52,892 nucleotides of DNA from Promethearchaeota archaeon (GTDB lineage Archaea > Asgardarchaeota > Lokiarchaeia > Sigyniarchaeales > SOKP01), in the NCBI GenBank assembly GCA_048939015.1, contig JBHLPW010000036.1, forward strand, positions 1-52,892. Direction: 5' to 3'. Position 1 is the first letter of the stretch. Every line of letters starts with the position of its first letter. This document shows, piece by piece, positions 10,498 to 21,028 of this stretch. The notes below the pieces were generated by a model. The model saw nothing but the letters and a program-made list of their open reading frames with translations, was not told the origin of the DNA and did not search any database. The translations under genes and the position numbers were made by a program.

Positions 10498-11673
10498 TCA
10501 TATATTTAACATTCTAGTTAATTGTTCCACTCCTTGATCTGGATTATATAAAAGATGTGGGGTAGCAGAACTCGGTAAGATGGAAGTTTTTTCTGGGTAT
10601 CTTCCTGTAAAATTTACGACTATATTATTTGTATTTATTTTTTTAGCAGATTTAATCGCTCCACTGAACGCTATTAATCCACTTTTTTCCAGTTCGAAAA
10701 ATTTTAAAGCTAGATCAATTGTAGGATATATTCCTGCATCAACCAGTGTTTTTAAAATTAAATTTTTTTGATCATCAATTTCTTCTTGTGAAATTTTGAC
10801 AGCAATAACTTTTCCTCCATTTTTTCTCCATTGAATAAATTTTTCAATCGCGTATAGTGGTTTAGTGCTACCTAATGTGGTCTCAATATTAGAAGTTTCA
10901 TAATTCCATTTCTGAAAAATTTCAAAAGGATCATGGCCTAGTGAATGTTCATTTAAGGCATCGATTATTGGAGTAGTTTTACTATCAAAAGGCTGAACTA
11001 CTAATAATTCTGGATTTATATTATAAAATGATGCATATTCAATCACTCCAGCAGGACAAACTCCTCCTGATACTGTCTGAACAAAACAAACATCATCATT
11101 TAAAAGATTCATTTGATCTAACACAAAACCAACTTGACTATATGCAGCTGTTTTTAAATTTGCGTCTGCTAAAACTATATTAAACCGTTCTAACAATTTT
11201 TCTTTGAGTTTACTCGCAAATTCTCTTATACTATCTAATGTTGAATTTTTTAGAACAACGTAATATACATAAGGGTTATTCTCAATGGCGCTTTTAGAAA
11301 CTTTAAATGAGGAAATTTCCGGAACTAATAGAATAGCCTTAATTTTTTTTTTTGATTCTTGATTATACCTTTTTATAACGTTGGCCATACTTTCAACTGT
11401 ATTTCCAGAAGAAGTTGAGATAACAAAATCAATATCATACTCATCATAAACATGAAATAAGTATTGACAATCAGTATCCTTAAAAGTTGGAGTACTCCAA
11501 AAAAGACCATATAGATTTTTATTTGATATTAGATCAGGTAAATAAATAACAGAAACTGGAATAGTAGGAAAGTATTTAGAATTAATTTTTCTTCCAGTTA
11601 ATTTATAATATATTTTGTCACTTGATCTCCATTTATATCCACCAATATAACTTTCACAGATTTTTTTTTCCAT
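10498..11673 (-). CDS. Divergent PLP-dependent fold-type II enzyme (threonine synthase-like)
   Basis: PTFKD (PLP Lys), STSSGNT, TVSGG, LLVVQ and final VNFTG motifs. Confidence 0.7.
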   Translation of the reverse strand: MEKKICESYIGGYKWRSSDKIYYKLTGRKINSKYFPTIPVSVIYLPDLISNKNLYGLFWSTPTFKDTDCQYLFHVYDEYDIDFVISTSSGNTVESMANVIKRYNQESKKKIKAILLVPEISSFKVSKSAIENNPYVYYVVLKNSTLDSIREFASKLKEKLLERFNIVLADANLKTAAYSQVGFVLDQMNLLNDDVCFVQTVSGGVCPAGVIEYASFYNINPELLVVQPFDSKTTPIIDALNEHSLGHDPFEIFQKWNYETSNIETTLGSTKPLYAIEKFIQWRKNGGKVIAVKISQEEIDDQKNLILKTLVDAGIYPTIDLALKFFELEKSGLIAFSGAIKSAKKINTNNIVVNFTGRYPEKTSILPSSATPHLLYNPDQGVEQLTRMLNI

Positions 11674-11709
11674 AAATCACTTCACTATAATATTTTTATT
11701 ATTAAATAG

Positions 11710-11895
11710 TTAAGGGGGATTACAACACCATTCAGAATCATTCGGAGGGGGAATTTTTTTACATTGGGCTTTTAAATTACACTTCTGACAAATTTCAGAC
11801 TTATTATTAAAATTATCATAACAAGATGGGAATTCTGTATTTTGTTTATCTGATTCATTAAAATCTTTCTTATCTTTATTTATTGTAGTTTTCAT
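11710..11895 (-). CDS. Small Cys-rich protein
   Basis: PSCY...ICQKCNLKAQC...WCCNPP. ATG at 11895 is preferred because the upstream region holds the operator-like repeats. Confidence 0.55.
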   Translation of the reverse strand: MKTTINKDKKDFNESDKQNTEFPSCYDNFNNKSEICQKCNLKAQCKKIPPPNDSEWCCNPP

Positions 11896-11975
11896 TGGCC
11901 TAATAAATATAAGAAAAAAAAAATATGTCATATATTCGTTATGAAATGACATGAATATTTAAATATTATGTTAGA

Positions 11976-11998
11976 TTATGACATTATATATGTCATAA
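11976..11998. promoter_or_regulatory. Perfect inverted repeat TTATGACAT-N5-ATGTCATAA, candidate operator in a divergent promoter
   Basis: Seen directly. Further half-sites ATGTCAT (~11925) and ATGACAT (~11946) lie in the same intergenic region. Confidence 0.6.
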
Positions 11999-12029
11999 AA
12001 ATATATTATTCAATTTTTTCATCAAGATT

Positions 12030-12599
12030 ATGTCCAATGAAAAAAAAATTTATAAAAAATCTGTTCATGCGACCATTTCCCATGAGTCATATGAAATTTT
12101 AAAGCAATATGAAGAAGAATTCGGTTCAAAATCTGCTGTTGTAGATGCAGGGATTAAATCATTAAAAAAATTTAAAGAACCACATTTAATGGATCAAAGA
12201 AGTATATGGTGTAGAGCTAGAGATGAATTAAATATGCTTTTAGTTGGAAAAACAACATATCTTAACTATATCAAAGGTAAGGTCGAGGAGGTTTTCACAA
12301 AAAACATTGCTGTTGAATCAATTGAATGGTATTTAGGGAAAAGGAAAGAAATAATGACATTCGAAGAATTTTTAAATGGTCTTAAAGGAATGTGGCAAGC
12401 AGCTAATTATTTTTACAATGTAGAATTAGAGAAGAATGATAAAGGTACATATCAAATGAGATTTAATCATGATTTAACAAAAGATTATAGTGAGTTTTGG
12501 GCAAAATACTTTGAAAAAGTTTTGAAAGATAATTGGAATTGTTTTGTTGAAGCATTTATTCGTAATGAATCTCTCTATTTAATTATAAGAGAGGAATAA
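12030..12599 (+). CDS. Putative transcription regulator: N-terminal ribbon-helix-helix-like domain plus C-terminal V4R-like ligand domain
   Basis: KSVHATISHESYEILKQY...SKSAVVDAGI has the RHH pattern; alpha/beta C-terminal domain. Confidence 0.55.
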   Translation: MSNEKKIYKKSVHATISHESYEILKQYEEEFGSKSAVVDAGIKSLKKFKEPHLMDQRSIWCRARDELNMLLVGKTTYLNYIKGKVEEVFTKNIAVESIEWYLGKRKEIMTFEEFLNGLKGMWQAANYFYNVELEKNDKGTYQMRFNHDLTKDYSEFWAKYFEKVLKDNWNCFVEAFIRNESLYLIIREE

Positions 12600-12676
12600 T
12601 GTTAATGCTAAAGATTTAATTTACTAAATAATGTATTTTTTAATTTCTTCTATATCTAAAGATGTAGATTAATAAC

Positions 12677-15670
12677 TTACTTTTTTTTCTTCTTAATTTT
12701 TTTATCTATATATTTATTAAAGCTTGCTTCAAAACGATTTGCAACAGTATTAGTTTTTCCTCTTTCACTACTTATATATCCAGATACATAAGTATCTTTA
12801 CCCCCTCCTCTAAATTCATAATGTTGTAGTTCCTCTCTTATAAATTTATTTAAACTAATATCAGTGTTTTCAGCAATTTCTGGAGACATCATTCCAGTGA
12901 TATATGTTCCTTTTTCAATTTCATCAAAAAACCAATTAATAGAATTATCCACGTATTTTTGAACGTTTGAGCTTATATTGTTTAAATCTTTTTGAGATAT
13001 ATTGTTAAATGTATGATAAATTAAAGTGTATTGATCATGTTGTTCAGCATTATTATATAAATTCTTTGCAAATGTTTTACTTAGATAAACACTAATATCT
13101 TTCTGATTTAGTTTTTGTTTATTTTCTTCCCATTCCTCTAATAACTTTTGAACCTTAGAAGGGACATCAGTTTTTTTAGTTCCAAGTATTTGAGAAATCT
13201 CTGATAGTACATCACCTTCAAATGTTTTCTTGGAGGTTAAATGCAAATCCTCCTGATCTATATTACCAGTTTTCAGCGACTTATTGAGATTTTTCCATTT
13301 TTCAAATAATTCTTCTACACGTCCGACAAGTTGTTTACGTTCGATATTTAATATGCTTTTTAATTCTTTAAGAATTTTTTTATGTTTTTCTTTTAATTTA
13401 TTTGTAGCTTCTCCAGCTACAAATGTAAGCCTGACAATCCCATCTTGAATCTTTTGTGATTTAGTTATATGTATATATCCCGTTTCAGAAGTATTATTTA
13501 AATGTGTGCCTCCACAAGCTTCAACATCTACTCCAGGTACTTCTACAATTCTTAAATTCTTTCCTGGAACAGCTCCCCCTTGATAAATTATCATTCCATA
13601 TTCTTTTTCTGCCTTAGCACGGGGAATAAAACTAAGATTAAGGTTAATTTTTTTGTTTACAATCTGATTTGCCTTGTTTTCAATTTCCAGAAGCTTTTCT
13701 CTTGGAATTTGTTCATAATGTGTTATATCCAAATGAGAATTTTTTAAAGTCTTCTTCGCTCCTGCTTGATTTACATGACTACCTAAAACATCTCGTGCTG
13801 CTGCATTAACAATATGAGTAGCTGTGTGATGCTGGGAGAGTTGAGTACGCCATTCCTTATCAACCTCAACTTTAACAATATCTCCCTCCTTAAAAGTAGG
13901 GGTTTCATCTAAAATATGCACAGTATGATTCCCTTGTTTAAAAGCGTCTGAGAAGGTTTGTCCATTTATTGTTCCTATATCATGAAGTTGCCCTCCTGAA
14001 GTTGGATATACAACTGTTTTATCTAAAACCACCATTTTATCGATTATTTTCAATACTTTTGCTTCATTAGAAATCTTAGTATAGTCGTAATAATATAGTG
14101 ATTTAGTTTCAGGAATTCCTTCTAAATCTAATTCTATATCTTTTCCTGTGGCATGGACTTGTTCGGCTATTTCATGTCTTTGGACTACTAGATTATAAAA
14201 GTCATCAGGAATATTTATTTTGATACCATACTTTTTAGCTGCTGTTTTTACCATATCAGGACTTATACCATTAGAATCATAAAGTTCAATTAAAGTCTCA
14301 GTAGATATCTCTCCTTTTTTAAGTAATTTCTCTATGATTTTTCCTGCTTTTTGTTTTGTAGCATAAAATTTTTCCTTCTCAACGTTTAGAATTTCACGAA
14401 TTTCATCTAGATGTTCTGAAACTTCAGGGAAGATCCCTTTTAATTCTTCAGCGTGCCATTGGCAAACATCGGACATATCAATTTCCCATTTGAACCTATC
14501 AATAAAGCTTATAGCACGACGAAAGATTACTCTTAAATTATAACCTCCACCAACATTTGAGGGAAGTTTACCATCGTTTATTGCAAAGAGTAAGGTGCGT
14601 GAATGTTCTGCGATTGAGTATAGTGCCGTCATTGGCAATATTTTGTTTTTTAATTCCTTTAATTCAATTTTTAATTCTTTGGCAACGCTATTCCATGCTT
14701 CATCCATATTATCTACTTCATCCACATTTAGATAAGCAGAATAACGCGAAAATTGGTTATATAGATTCAAATCTATCTCAATATTAGTAATTTCCCTTAA
14801 TTTCGATAAAACGTATGGAAAAATTGCCTCGTACATATTAGGAGTACCTTGAGAGAACCATGCCACACGTTCTTGACCTAATCCCATATCAAGTACTTTA
14901 AGCTTAAGTTCTCGTGGTCCTTCAGGAGTTTGCTCAAACATTGTATACACTTGATTAAAAAGTTCCACCCCTCTACTGAAGAATTCAAGACTACAACCAA
15001 ATGAACCTCCTCCTGCCCATGAGTCTTCATGTATTGTTATTTCTTCTTTTGGTAACCCTACTCCCTTATGAATAAAATCATGAATATCCATAAAAAGTTC
15101 CCCTTGATTCCATTCTTCAGGGGATACGAATACGTGTTGACCTATCATAACAAATCCTGTATTATGTGAAGATGTGACACCTACATTTTCGATGTCGTTA
15201 AATCTCAAACAAAATTGAGGGATAACAAGTTTTTTTGCAGGAGGTTCAACTTCACCTGTAATGACATATGGTTGGAAGGCAGATATAGATGCTATTGTAA
15301 ATTCTGATGTAGGGTTCCATCTAGCTACACAAGGGTATCTCCTAATAGGTAAATAACCTCTCGGTTCTAAAATCTCAACAATCTTCTCCCAAACTCCTAT
15401 AAATGAAAGTTTCACCTTCGAAGGATTATTTACTGTAACTTGAAATCCACCAGAACAAAATGGGTCTCCACATACTTTTCGATCTTTATCTACCGTCCAG
15501 AAATATGTTCCGCATTGTTCACATTTTTTTCTTGTATATCCTAATTCTCTAAGTTCCTTAGTTGGAAAATAAACATCAGGATTTTTTGATGCAATTTTTT
15601 TGAAAATCTTTTTTAATTCCTTATCTGTTCTACAATCTTTAAGTTGGTTAACAAGTTGAACGGAGAGCAT
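12677..15670 (-). CDS. alaS: Alanine--tRNA ligase, archaeal type
   Basis: Archaeal N-terminal CEQCGTYFW...CGD, VARW, IASISAFQP, WAGGG, PSNVGGGYNLR, YPTSGGQLHDIG, editing-domain HHTATH and CGGTH, and C-Ala GGGK. Confidence 0.96.
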   Translation of the reverse strand: MLSVQLVNQLKDCRTDKELKKIFKKIASKNPDVYFPTKELRELGYTRKKCEQCGTYFWTVDKDRKVCGDPFCSGGFQVTVNNPSKVKLSFIGVWEKIVEILEPRGYLPIRRYPCVARWNPTSEFTIASISAFQPYVITGEVEPPAKKLVIPQFCLRFNDIENVGVTSSHNTGFVMIGQHVFVSPEEWNQGELFMDIHDFIHKGVGLPKEEITIHEDSWAGGGSFGCSLEFFSRGVELFNQVYTMFEQTPEGPRELKLKVLDMGLGQERVAWFSQGTPNMYEAIFPYVLSKLREITNIEIDLNLYNQFSRYSAYLNVDEVDNMDEAWNSVAKELKIELKELKNKILPMTALYSIAEHSRTLLFAINDGKLPSNVGGGYNLRVIFRRAISFIDRFKWEIDMSDVCQWHAEELKGIFPEVSEHLDEIREILNVEKEKFYATKQKAGKIIEKLLKKGEISTETLIELYDSNGISPDMVKTAAKKYGIKINIPDDFYNLVVQRHEIAEQVHATGKDIELDLEGIPETKSLYYYDYTKISNEAKVLKIIDKMVVLDKTVVYPTSGGQLHDIGTINGQTFSDAFKQGNHTVHILDETPTFKEGDIVKVEVDKEWRTQLSQHHTATHIVNAAARDVLGSHVNQAGAKKTLKNSHLDITHYEQIPREKLLEIENKANQIVNKKINLNLSFIPRAKAEKEYGMIIYQGGAVPGKNLRIVEVPGVDVEACGGTHLNNTSETGYIHITKSQKIQDGIVRLTFVAGEATNKLKEKHKKILKELKSILNIERKQLVGRVEELFEKWKNLNKSLKTGNIDQEDLHLTSKKTFEGDVLSEISQILGTKKTDVPSKVQKLLEEWEENKQKLNQKDISVYLSKTFAKNLYNNAEQHDQYTLIYHTFNNISQKDLNNISSNVQKYVDNSINWFFDEIEKGTYITGMMSPEIAENTDISLNKFIREELQHYEFRGGGKDTYVSGYISSERGKTNTVANRFEASFNKYIDKKIKKKKK

Positions 15671-15847
15671 TATGATTCGATGCTAATAATTAGTAATTAT
15701 TGAAGAATCTAATGTTTCTTCTCCTAAAATTGTTTTGATTATAATATTATGATTTAAATATTGAAATAAGAGAAAACAAAATTAAATTTTATATTTTAAT
15801 ATTAACTACAAAAGGAGGATTTTTTGTGATTTCTTGCATGATAGAAT

Positions 15848-16081
15848 TTAATTAGGTAGATCGAATTTATTATGTTCTTCAACTTTTCTATGAATATTAT
15901 CTAAATTAGACTCTGTGGTCTTTTTCAGATTATCATTTAAGATTTTTACTTGAATCTTCACAAAATCTAAAAGTGAATTAATTAAATTACAATTTTTACT
16001 AATGATTTCAAATTTTTCTATAATAGGATTATAATTTTTCCTATTTTTATTTCTTTTCTTTATTTTTAACATGTATATCAC
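15848..16081 (-). CDS. Small hypothetical protein
   Basis: 77-aa ORF co-oriented just downstream of the receiver gene; no recognisable motif. Confidence 0.3.
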   Translation of the reverse strand: MIYMLKIKKRNKNRKNYNPIIEKFEIISKNCNLINSLLDFVKIQVKILNDNLKKTTESNLDNIHRKVEEHNKFDLPN

Positions 16082-16108
16082 ATTTTTGAATTAATAAAAA
16101 CTTTAATT

Positions 16109-16492
16109 TTATATATCTATTATTTTCAATTCTTTTTCAACACATTTGGATATTTTTTTAATAAAGTAATCAATCATGAAAGGTTTTTCAATAAAACTAA
16201 TAGCTCCTGTGAGGATAGCTTTATTTTTAATCGTAATATCAGAACTTATTATAATGATCTTAAGGTTTTGATCTATTTTTAACAACTCTTCTGTAACCTT
16301 TAATCCATCTTTAACAGGAAGGCGATAATCTATTAATATTATATCTGGTTTATTGTCTAATGTTCTAAATAACTCTAAAGCTTCTTGACCATTTCTTGCT
16401 ATTTCCAATATCTTATATTTATATATCTTAAAAATAGATCTATATAATTTAATTGTAGTCTCATCATCTTCAATAATAAATACTTTTCTTAT
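16109..16492 (-). CDS. Stand-alone response regulator receiver (CheY-like); probable ATA/ATT start
   Basis: The N-terminal KVFIIEDD acidic pocket lies upstream of the track's TTG. Also PDIILIDYRLPVKDG and FIEKPF. AGGGTG precedes ATT(16495)/ATA(16492). Confidence 0.88.
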   Translation of the reverse strand: MRKVFIIEDDETTIKLYRSIFKIYKYKILEIARNGQEALELFRTLDNKPDIILIDYRLPVKDGLKVTEELLKIDQNLKIIIISSDITIKNKAILTGAISFIEKPFMIDYFIKKISKCVEKELKIIDI

Positions 16493-16546
16493 AATGAAAA
16501 CACCCTTTAAATTAAATTTGAAAAAAAAAATTAAAATCTTTAATTT

Positions 16547-17446
16547 TTAAACTTTAATTGGTTTTTCAAGTAGTTTTTCCTTAATAGTCCTATTTTTATT
16601 CTTCTCTTTTTTCTTTGATAAAACTTTTTTCATTGATAAAACTAAAGAAAGTTTTAATTCCTCAGCTAAGGAATTCAGTTTATTAGCAGTTGCTGAAATT
16701 TCCTCCATAGATGACGTTTGTTGTTCTGTAGAAGCACTTATTCCTTCCATTGAAGTTGTAGTTATCTGAATCTTTTTAATTATATCGTTAACTTTCGTTC
16801 CGGTATTTTTTACAGCACTTCTCGATTCCTCTGCAAGTTTTCTGACTTCATCTGCAACAACCGCAAATCCTCGTCCATATTCTCCCGCCCTCCCCGCTTC
16901 TATACTAGCATTTAATGCCAATAAGTTAATTTGTTCCGAAATATTTGTTATGATTGACATTATTCCACGGATTTCATCAGAAGAGGCTAATATTTGTTGA
17001 CTATCTTGTGAGATTTCTTGCGAAGTGTTTGCGATTTCTTCGGAAGCCGCATTTACTTCATTAGCACTTGCTGCTAATTCCGTTGACATATTTGATACAT
17101 TAATAGAATTTTCATTCGCAACATCAATAACTTTTTTTAAAGCGGTATATTGTTCTTCGATTACCTTAGATATGTAATATATTATTACAATAATCATAAT
17201 AATAAGAAGGGGAGCCGCTACAAAAACTGTTAAATTACTATTCTCAAGTATTGTATGTTGTAATGTTGAAACAGACGATACTACTCCAACCATGATTGAA
17301 AGTAAAATAGCTATTTTCAAAATTATTTTTGATTCGTACTTTTTCCATTTAAATAAAAGATAACAAAAACCAATAAGAACCAAGACAATAAAAGGAATTG
17401 TAGCTAATGAACTTATTAATTCATCAATTTCATTTTGAAATAAGAT
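16547..17446 (-). CDS. Membrane protein with methyl-accepting chemotaxis (MCP) signalling domain; probable ATC start
   Basis: [37 protein letters not shown] signature and about three N-terminal TM helices. The frame extends to ATC-TTA-TTT-CAA behind AGGT. Confidence 0.85.
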   Translation of the reverse strand: MLFQNEIDELISSLATIPFIVLVLIGFCYLLFKWKKYESKIILKIAILLSIMVGVVSSVSTLQHTILENSNLTVFVAAPLLIIMIIVIIYYISKVIEEQYTALKKVIDVANENSINVSNMSTELAASANEVNAASEEIANTSQEISQDSQQILASSDEIRGIMSIITNISEQINLLALNASIEAGRAGEYGRGFAVVADEVRKLAEESRSAVKNTGTKVNDIIKKIQITTTSMEGISASTEQQTSSMEEISATANKLNSLAEELKLSLVLSMKKVLSKKKEKNKNRTIKEKLLEKPIKV

Positions 17447-17670
17447 TTTTAAGACCTTTTTTTAAAGTTGTTTAATATTACTATTAAGATCTTTTTTTCA
17501 ATATTAATGATTTATTTTTTACAAATATTTAAATATTTTTATTTCATAATCTACTTTTTTAAAAACTTTATCTTGAAAAAATATAATTGAAATATTTAAA
17601 AATTTATAGGGAATTAAATATTCAAGATAAATAGTTTAGAATGACTGAAGTTAATGAGATTTGAAATAAG

Positions 17671-18642
17671 ATGAAAAATGATAATAATGATAAAATTGCT
17701 ATAGATATTAAACTACAAAACTATTATAATCTTTCAATTTTAGATCTACTCACATTACAAATATTATTGAACCAAGTAAAGCCTGTTAAAAGACATTCTC
17801 TTTATTTAGAAGTAAATAGTTTATTATTAAATAAGGAAAAAAAATTATTATTAAACCAATCTTCTATTGATAAAAGCATCAAGGATTTTACAAAAATAGA
17901 TAAAGAAATAAAATCCATTTCAACCTCGAGTTTCTATAATAATTTAGTAAATTTAGAAAAGAAAGGATTGATAAAATTTATTCGAAAAAAAAATAAAGTA
18001 AAAGAAGTAGAAAAGACAGAAATCACATTAAATTTCATAAAAATCATATTCCATTCTCTTTTAGAAACATTCATTCCTAACTTGTATAAGTTCCCTAAAG
18101 GATCAGCGATGTTAATCAAAGAAAAGTACAATTTAGTAGATCTTGACCCGGGACTAATAATCTATGTTGATGAATTTCATGAATTTGGATTAGATTTTTT
18201 TTTAAAAGTTTCTGAGAATATGACAATCTTGACTGAAAAATCATTTTATAAATATGCTTTAAAAGGAATAGATAAATTTACATTTACACATGTAGAAAAT
18301 GGATTAATTAGAGAACCTGAGGGTTTTTTTAATGGTATATATCTCGGAAGATTTCGGAAAGATATAGATTTCTTTGGTTTGACAGCAAAAGATTTAATAA
18401 AAGAAGCTATACGAGTGTTAAAACCCGGAGGTTATATTACAATCTCAACTTACTTATTTGTCGAACCGATTAATCATATATTTATTGATGGTCTCATAAA
18501 TATCTACAATGAGCTAAACATTAATTATATTTTTACCGAAGAAGAACTTAGAGGTCTATTGGAACCGAATGGAATTAACGATATTGAATTTTTAAAATTT
18601 CAGGGTTATTTAATAACAATTGGATCTAAGCTTAAAAATTAA
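17671..18642 (+). CDS. Winged-helix protein fused to a degenerate class I methyltransferase-like domain
   Basis: ISTSSFYNNLVNLEKKGLI (wHTH); KEAIRVLKPGGYI and FTEEELRGLLEPNG (MTase-like). Confidence 0.6.
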   Translation: MKNDNNDKIAIDIKLQNYYNLSILDLLTLQILLNQVKPVKRHSLYLEVNSLLLNKEKKLLLNQSSIDKSIKDFTKIDKEIKSISTSSFYNNLVNLEKKGLIKFIRKKNKVKEVEKTEITLNFIKIIFHSLLETFIPNLYKFPKGSAMLIKEKYNLVDLDPGLIIYVDEFHEFGLDFFLKVSENMTILTEKSFYKYALKGIDKFTFTHVENGLIREPEGFFNGIYLGRFRKDIDFFGLTAKDLIKEAIRVLKPGGYITISTYLFVEPINHIFIDGLINIYNELNINYIFTEEELRGLLEPNGINDIEFLKFQGYLITIGSKLKN

Positions 18643-18738
18643 TAGGAATATTTCTTTCCAATCCAATCTATTTAATGGAAGAATAATATTTTCTGATTAT
18701 AGATATAAATAAAGCCAAGATTAGATTCTCATCAGAAT

Positions 18739-18896
18739 AAGCTTTTAAACAATAGAAACAATTTCTTCTTATAAAAAATTCTAATTTAGAATTTTGAAGT
18801 GAGGTTGAAATCATAGGGCTCATATTTTAGTTACAGGTTGGACTCCACAGAACAAAGGGGATGAAATGATAAAAGTATATACTGCCAAAGATAAAC
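18739..18896 (+). pseudogene. Truncated 5' remnant (promoter, SD and ~27 codons) of a paralog of the gene at 21529
   Basis: 18797-18896 matches 21511-21610 at 91/100 nt by manual alignment, with weaker similarity extending ~58 nt upstream. The ATG position reads AGG. Confidence 0.8.
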
Positions 18897-19132
18897 TTTT
18901 CTTTTTCGGTAAGCACTTTAATCAGATTATGATAATCAAAATTATTTTATAAAATAATCAAGAAAATTATGATTCTCCTATAATAATTTCATCTAATATT
19001 TTATTTCTTAACAATTTTATTATCCCTTTTCCTAGATAAGGTTCTATACAAAAAATTAAAAATATATTCTTATATAATTTTTAAAGGAAATTAGGTAATT
19101 AAAGTAAATATTAAAGTTAAAGTGTTAAAAAT

Positions 19133-21028
19133 ATGACTAATATCAAACGTGAATTAGATGATCTATTGAAACGATATAAAGAATTAGAAGTTATAATAAA
19201 TAAAAGTCCTGTTGTCGTATTTCTTTGGAAAAATGAAGAAGATTGGCCAGTAGAGTTTGTTTCTGAAAATATTACACAATTTGGATATACTAGGGAAGAA
19301 TTTATGTCTGGTAAAATTAAATATTCTGAAATGATTTATCCAGAAGACTTAGAACGCGTAACAAAAGAGGTTGCAACATATTGCGAAACAAATTTAACAG
19401 AATTTACTCAAGAATATAGAATTTTTAATAAATCAAAAGAGATTTTATGGGTTGATGACAGAACCTTTATAAGAAGAAATTCTGATGGTGAGATTACCCA
19501 TTTCCAAGGAGTTATTCTTGAAATTACTGAAAAAAAAAAAATTCTTCAAGATTTAGAGAATTCTGAGAGAAAATTTAGAATGATTTCTGAACAAATATTA
19601 GTAGGCATTGGAATTATACAAGATGGAAAAATAGTATATGCCAATAAAAAAGCAGTTGAAATTTTTGGATATAGCTTAGAGGAAATGAAAAATTGGCTAC
19701 CTGGAGAGTTTGCTAAAACAATTCACCCTGATGATCTTAAACGTGAAGTAGAATATATAGATCAAATACAAACTGATCCAAATATAAATGAAATTCAATT
19801 TCGAACTAGAGGACTTAAAAAATCAGGTGAATTGTTTTGGGCAGATGCTCTTTTTAAAAAATTTATTCTCAATAATCGCCCAGCCCTTATAGGTATGTTT
19901 ATTGACATAACTGAAAGAAAAAAAGCAGAAAATGCTTTAAGGTTTACACAATTCACAGTGGATCATAGTTCTGAACCTGCCTTTTGGTTGGATGATCAAT
20001 TTAGTATCTTTTATGTAAATGAAGCAATGTGCAAATCATTAGGATACTCTCGTGAGGAATTGGTTAAAATGAAAGGTTTTGATATCAGCCCCAATTTTCC
20101 CAAAGATGCCTGGAGACCCACCTGGGAAAAAATCAAAGAAAAAGGATCAATTATTATAGAAACAGATCATCAAAAGAAGAATGGAGAATTCTTTCCCATT
20201 GAAGCATATATAAATTATATAAAATATGATAATAAAGAATATAATTGTATATTTGCTCGAGATATCAGTGAGCGAAAAGAATCTGAAAGGAAATTAAAAA
20301 AATCAGAAGAAAAATATCGTGAAGCATTCCATCGGGAGAATTTTTATAAAGATCTTTTTACTCATGATATGAGAAATATACTACAATCTATTTGTACATC
20401 ATTAGAGTTATATGAATTAAATTTTAAAAGTAAGACAGGAACAATACAAAATGATGAGTTCTTAGAAAATATCCATTCTCAAATAGATAGAGCAACTCAT
20501 TTAATTAATAATATTAAAAAGTTTTCCGACTTAGATTCTTTTGAGCAATCTTTAATTAGGATGAATATTTATCAAATAGTTCAGCAAATTATTAACAACA
20601 TCCAAAACTCATCAAAAAATAAAAGAATTTCAGTCAAAGTTGAACCAAATAATCAATCTAAGTTCTTAATTCTTGGTAATGAGCTTTTAAATGAAGCAAT
20701 TGAAAATATCTTACTAAATTCAATTATCCATAATGATAATGAAGAAGTTTTTATCTCAATTAGAATATTAAAAGTTTTAGGAGACGAAAAACCATTTATT
20801 AGAGTTGAATTTTCTGATAATGGAAGAGGAATTGAAGACTCAAGAAAAAAAATTATTTTCAATCGTGCTTATAATCAGAATAAATCAACAATAGGAATGG
20901 GCTTAGGTTTATCACTAGTAAAAAAAATTATAGAAAACCTTGATGGTTTAGTTTGGGTAGAAGATAGAATTACAAATGACTATAAACAGGGATCCAAATT
21001 CATTCTATTACTACCTGAGGTGGATTGA
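19133..21028 (+). CDS. Cytoplasmic multi-PAS sensor histidine kinase
   Basis: Three PAS/PAC repeats (YPEDLE, HPDDLK, ...DITERK), H-box THDMRNILQ, N-box ENILLNSIIH, DNGRGI and GMGLGL. Confidence 0.93.
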   Translation: MTNIKRELDDLLKRYKELEVIINKSPVVVFLWKNEEDWPVEFVSENITQFGYTREEFMSGKIKYSEMIYPEDLERVTKEVATYCETNLTEFTQEYRIFNKSKEILWVDDRTFIRRNSDGEITHFQGVILEITEKKKILQDLENSERKFRMISEQILVGIGIIQDGKIVYANKKAVEIFGYSLEEMKNWLPGEFAKTIHPDDLKREVEYIDQIQTDPNINEIQFRTRGLKKSGELFWADALFKKFILNNRPALIGMFIDITERKKAENALRFTQFTVDHSSEPAFWLDDQFSIFYVNEAMCKSLGYSREELVKMKGFDISPNFPKDAWRPTWEKIKEKGSIIIETDHQKKNGEFFPIEAYINYIKYDNKEYNCIFARDISERKESERKLKKSEEKYREAFHRENFYKDLFTHDMRNILQSICTSLELYELNFKSKTGTIQNDEFLENIHSQIDRATHLINNIKKFSDLDSFEQSLIRMNIYQIVQQIINNIQNSSKNKRISVKVEPNNQSKFLILGNELLNEAIENILLNSIIHNDNEEVFISIRILKVLGDEKPFIRVEFSDNGRGIEDSRKKIIFNRAYNQNKSTIGMGLGLSLVKKIIENLDGLVWVEDRITNDYKQGSKFILLLPEVD

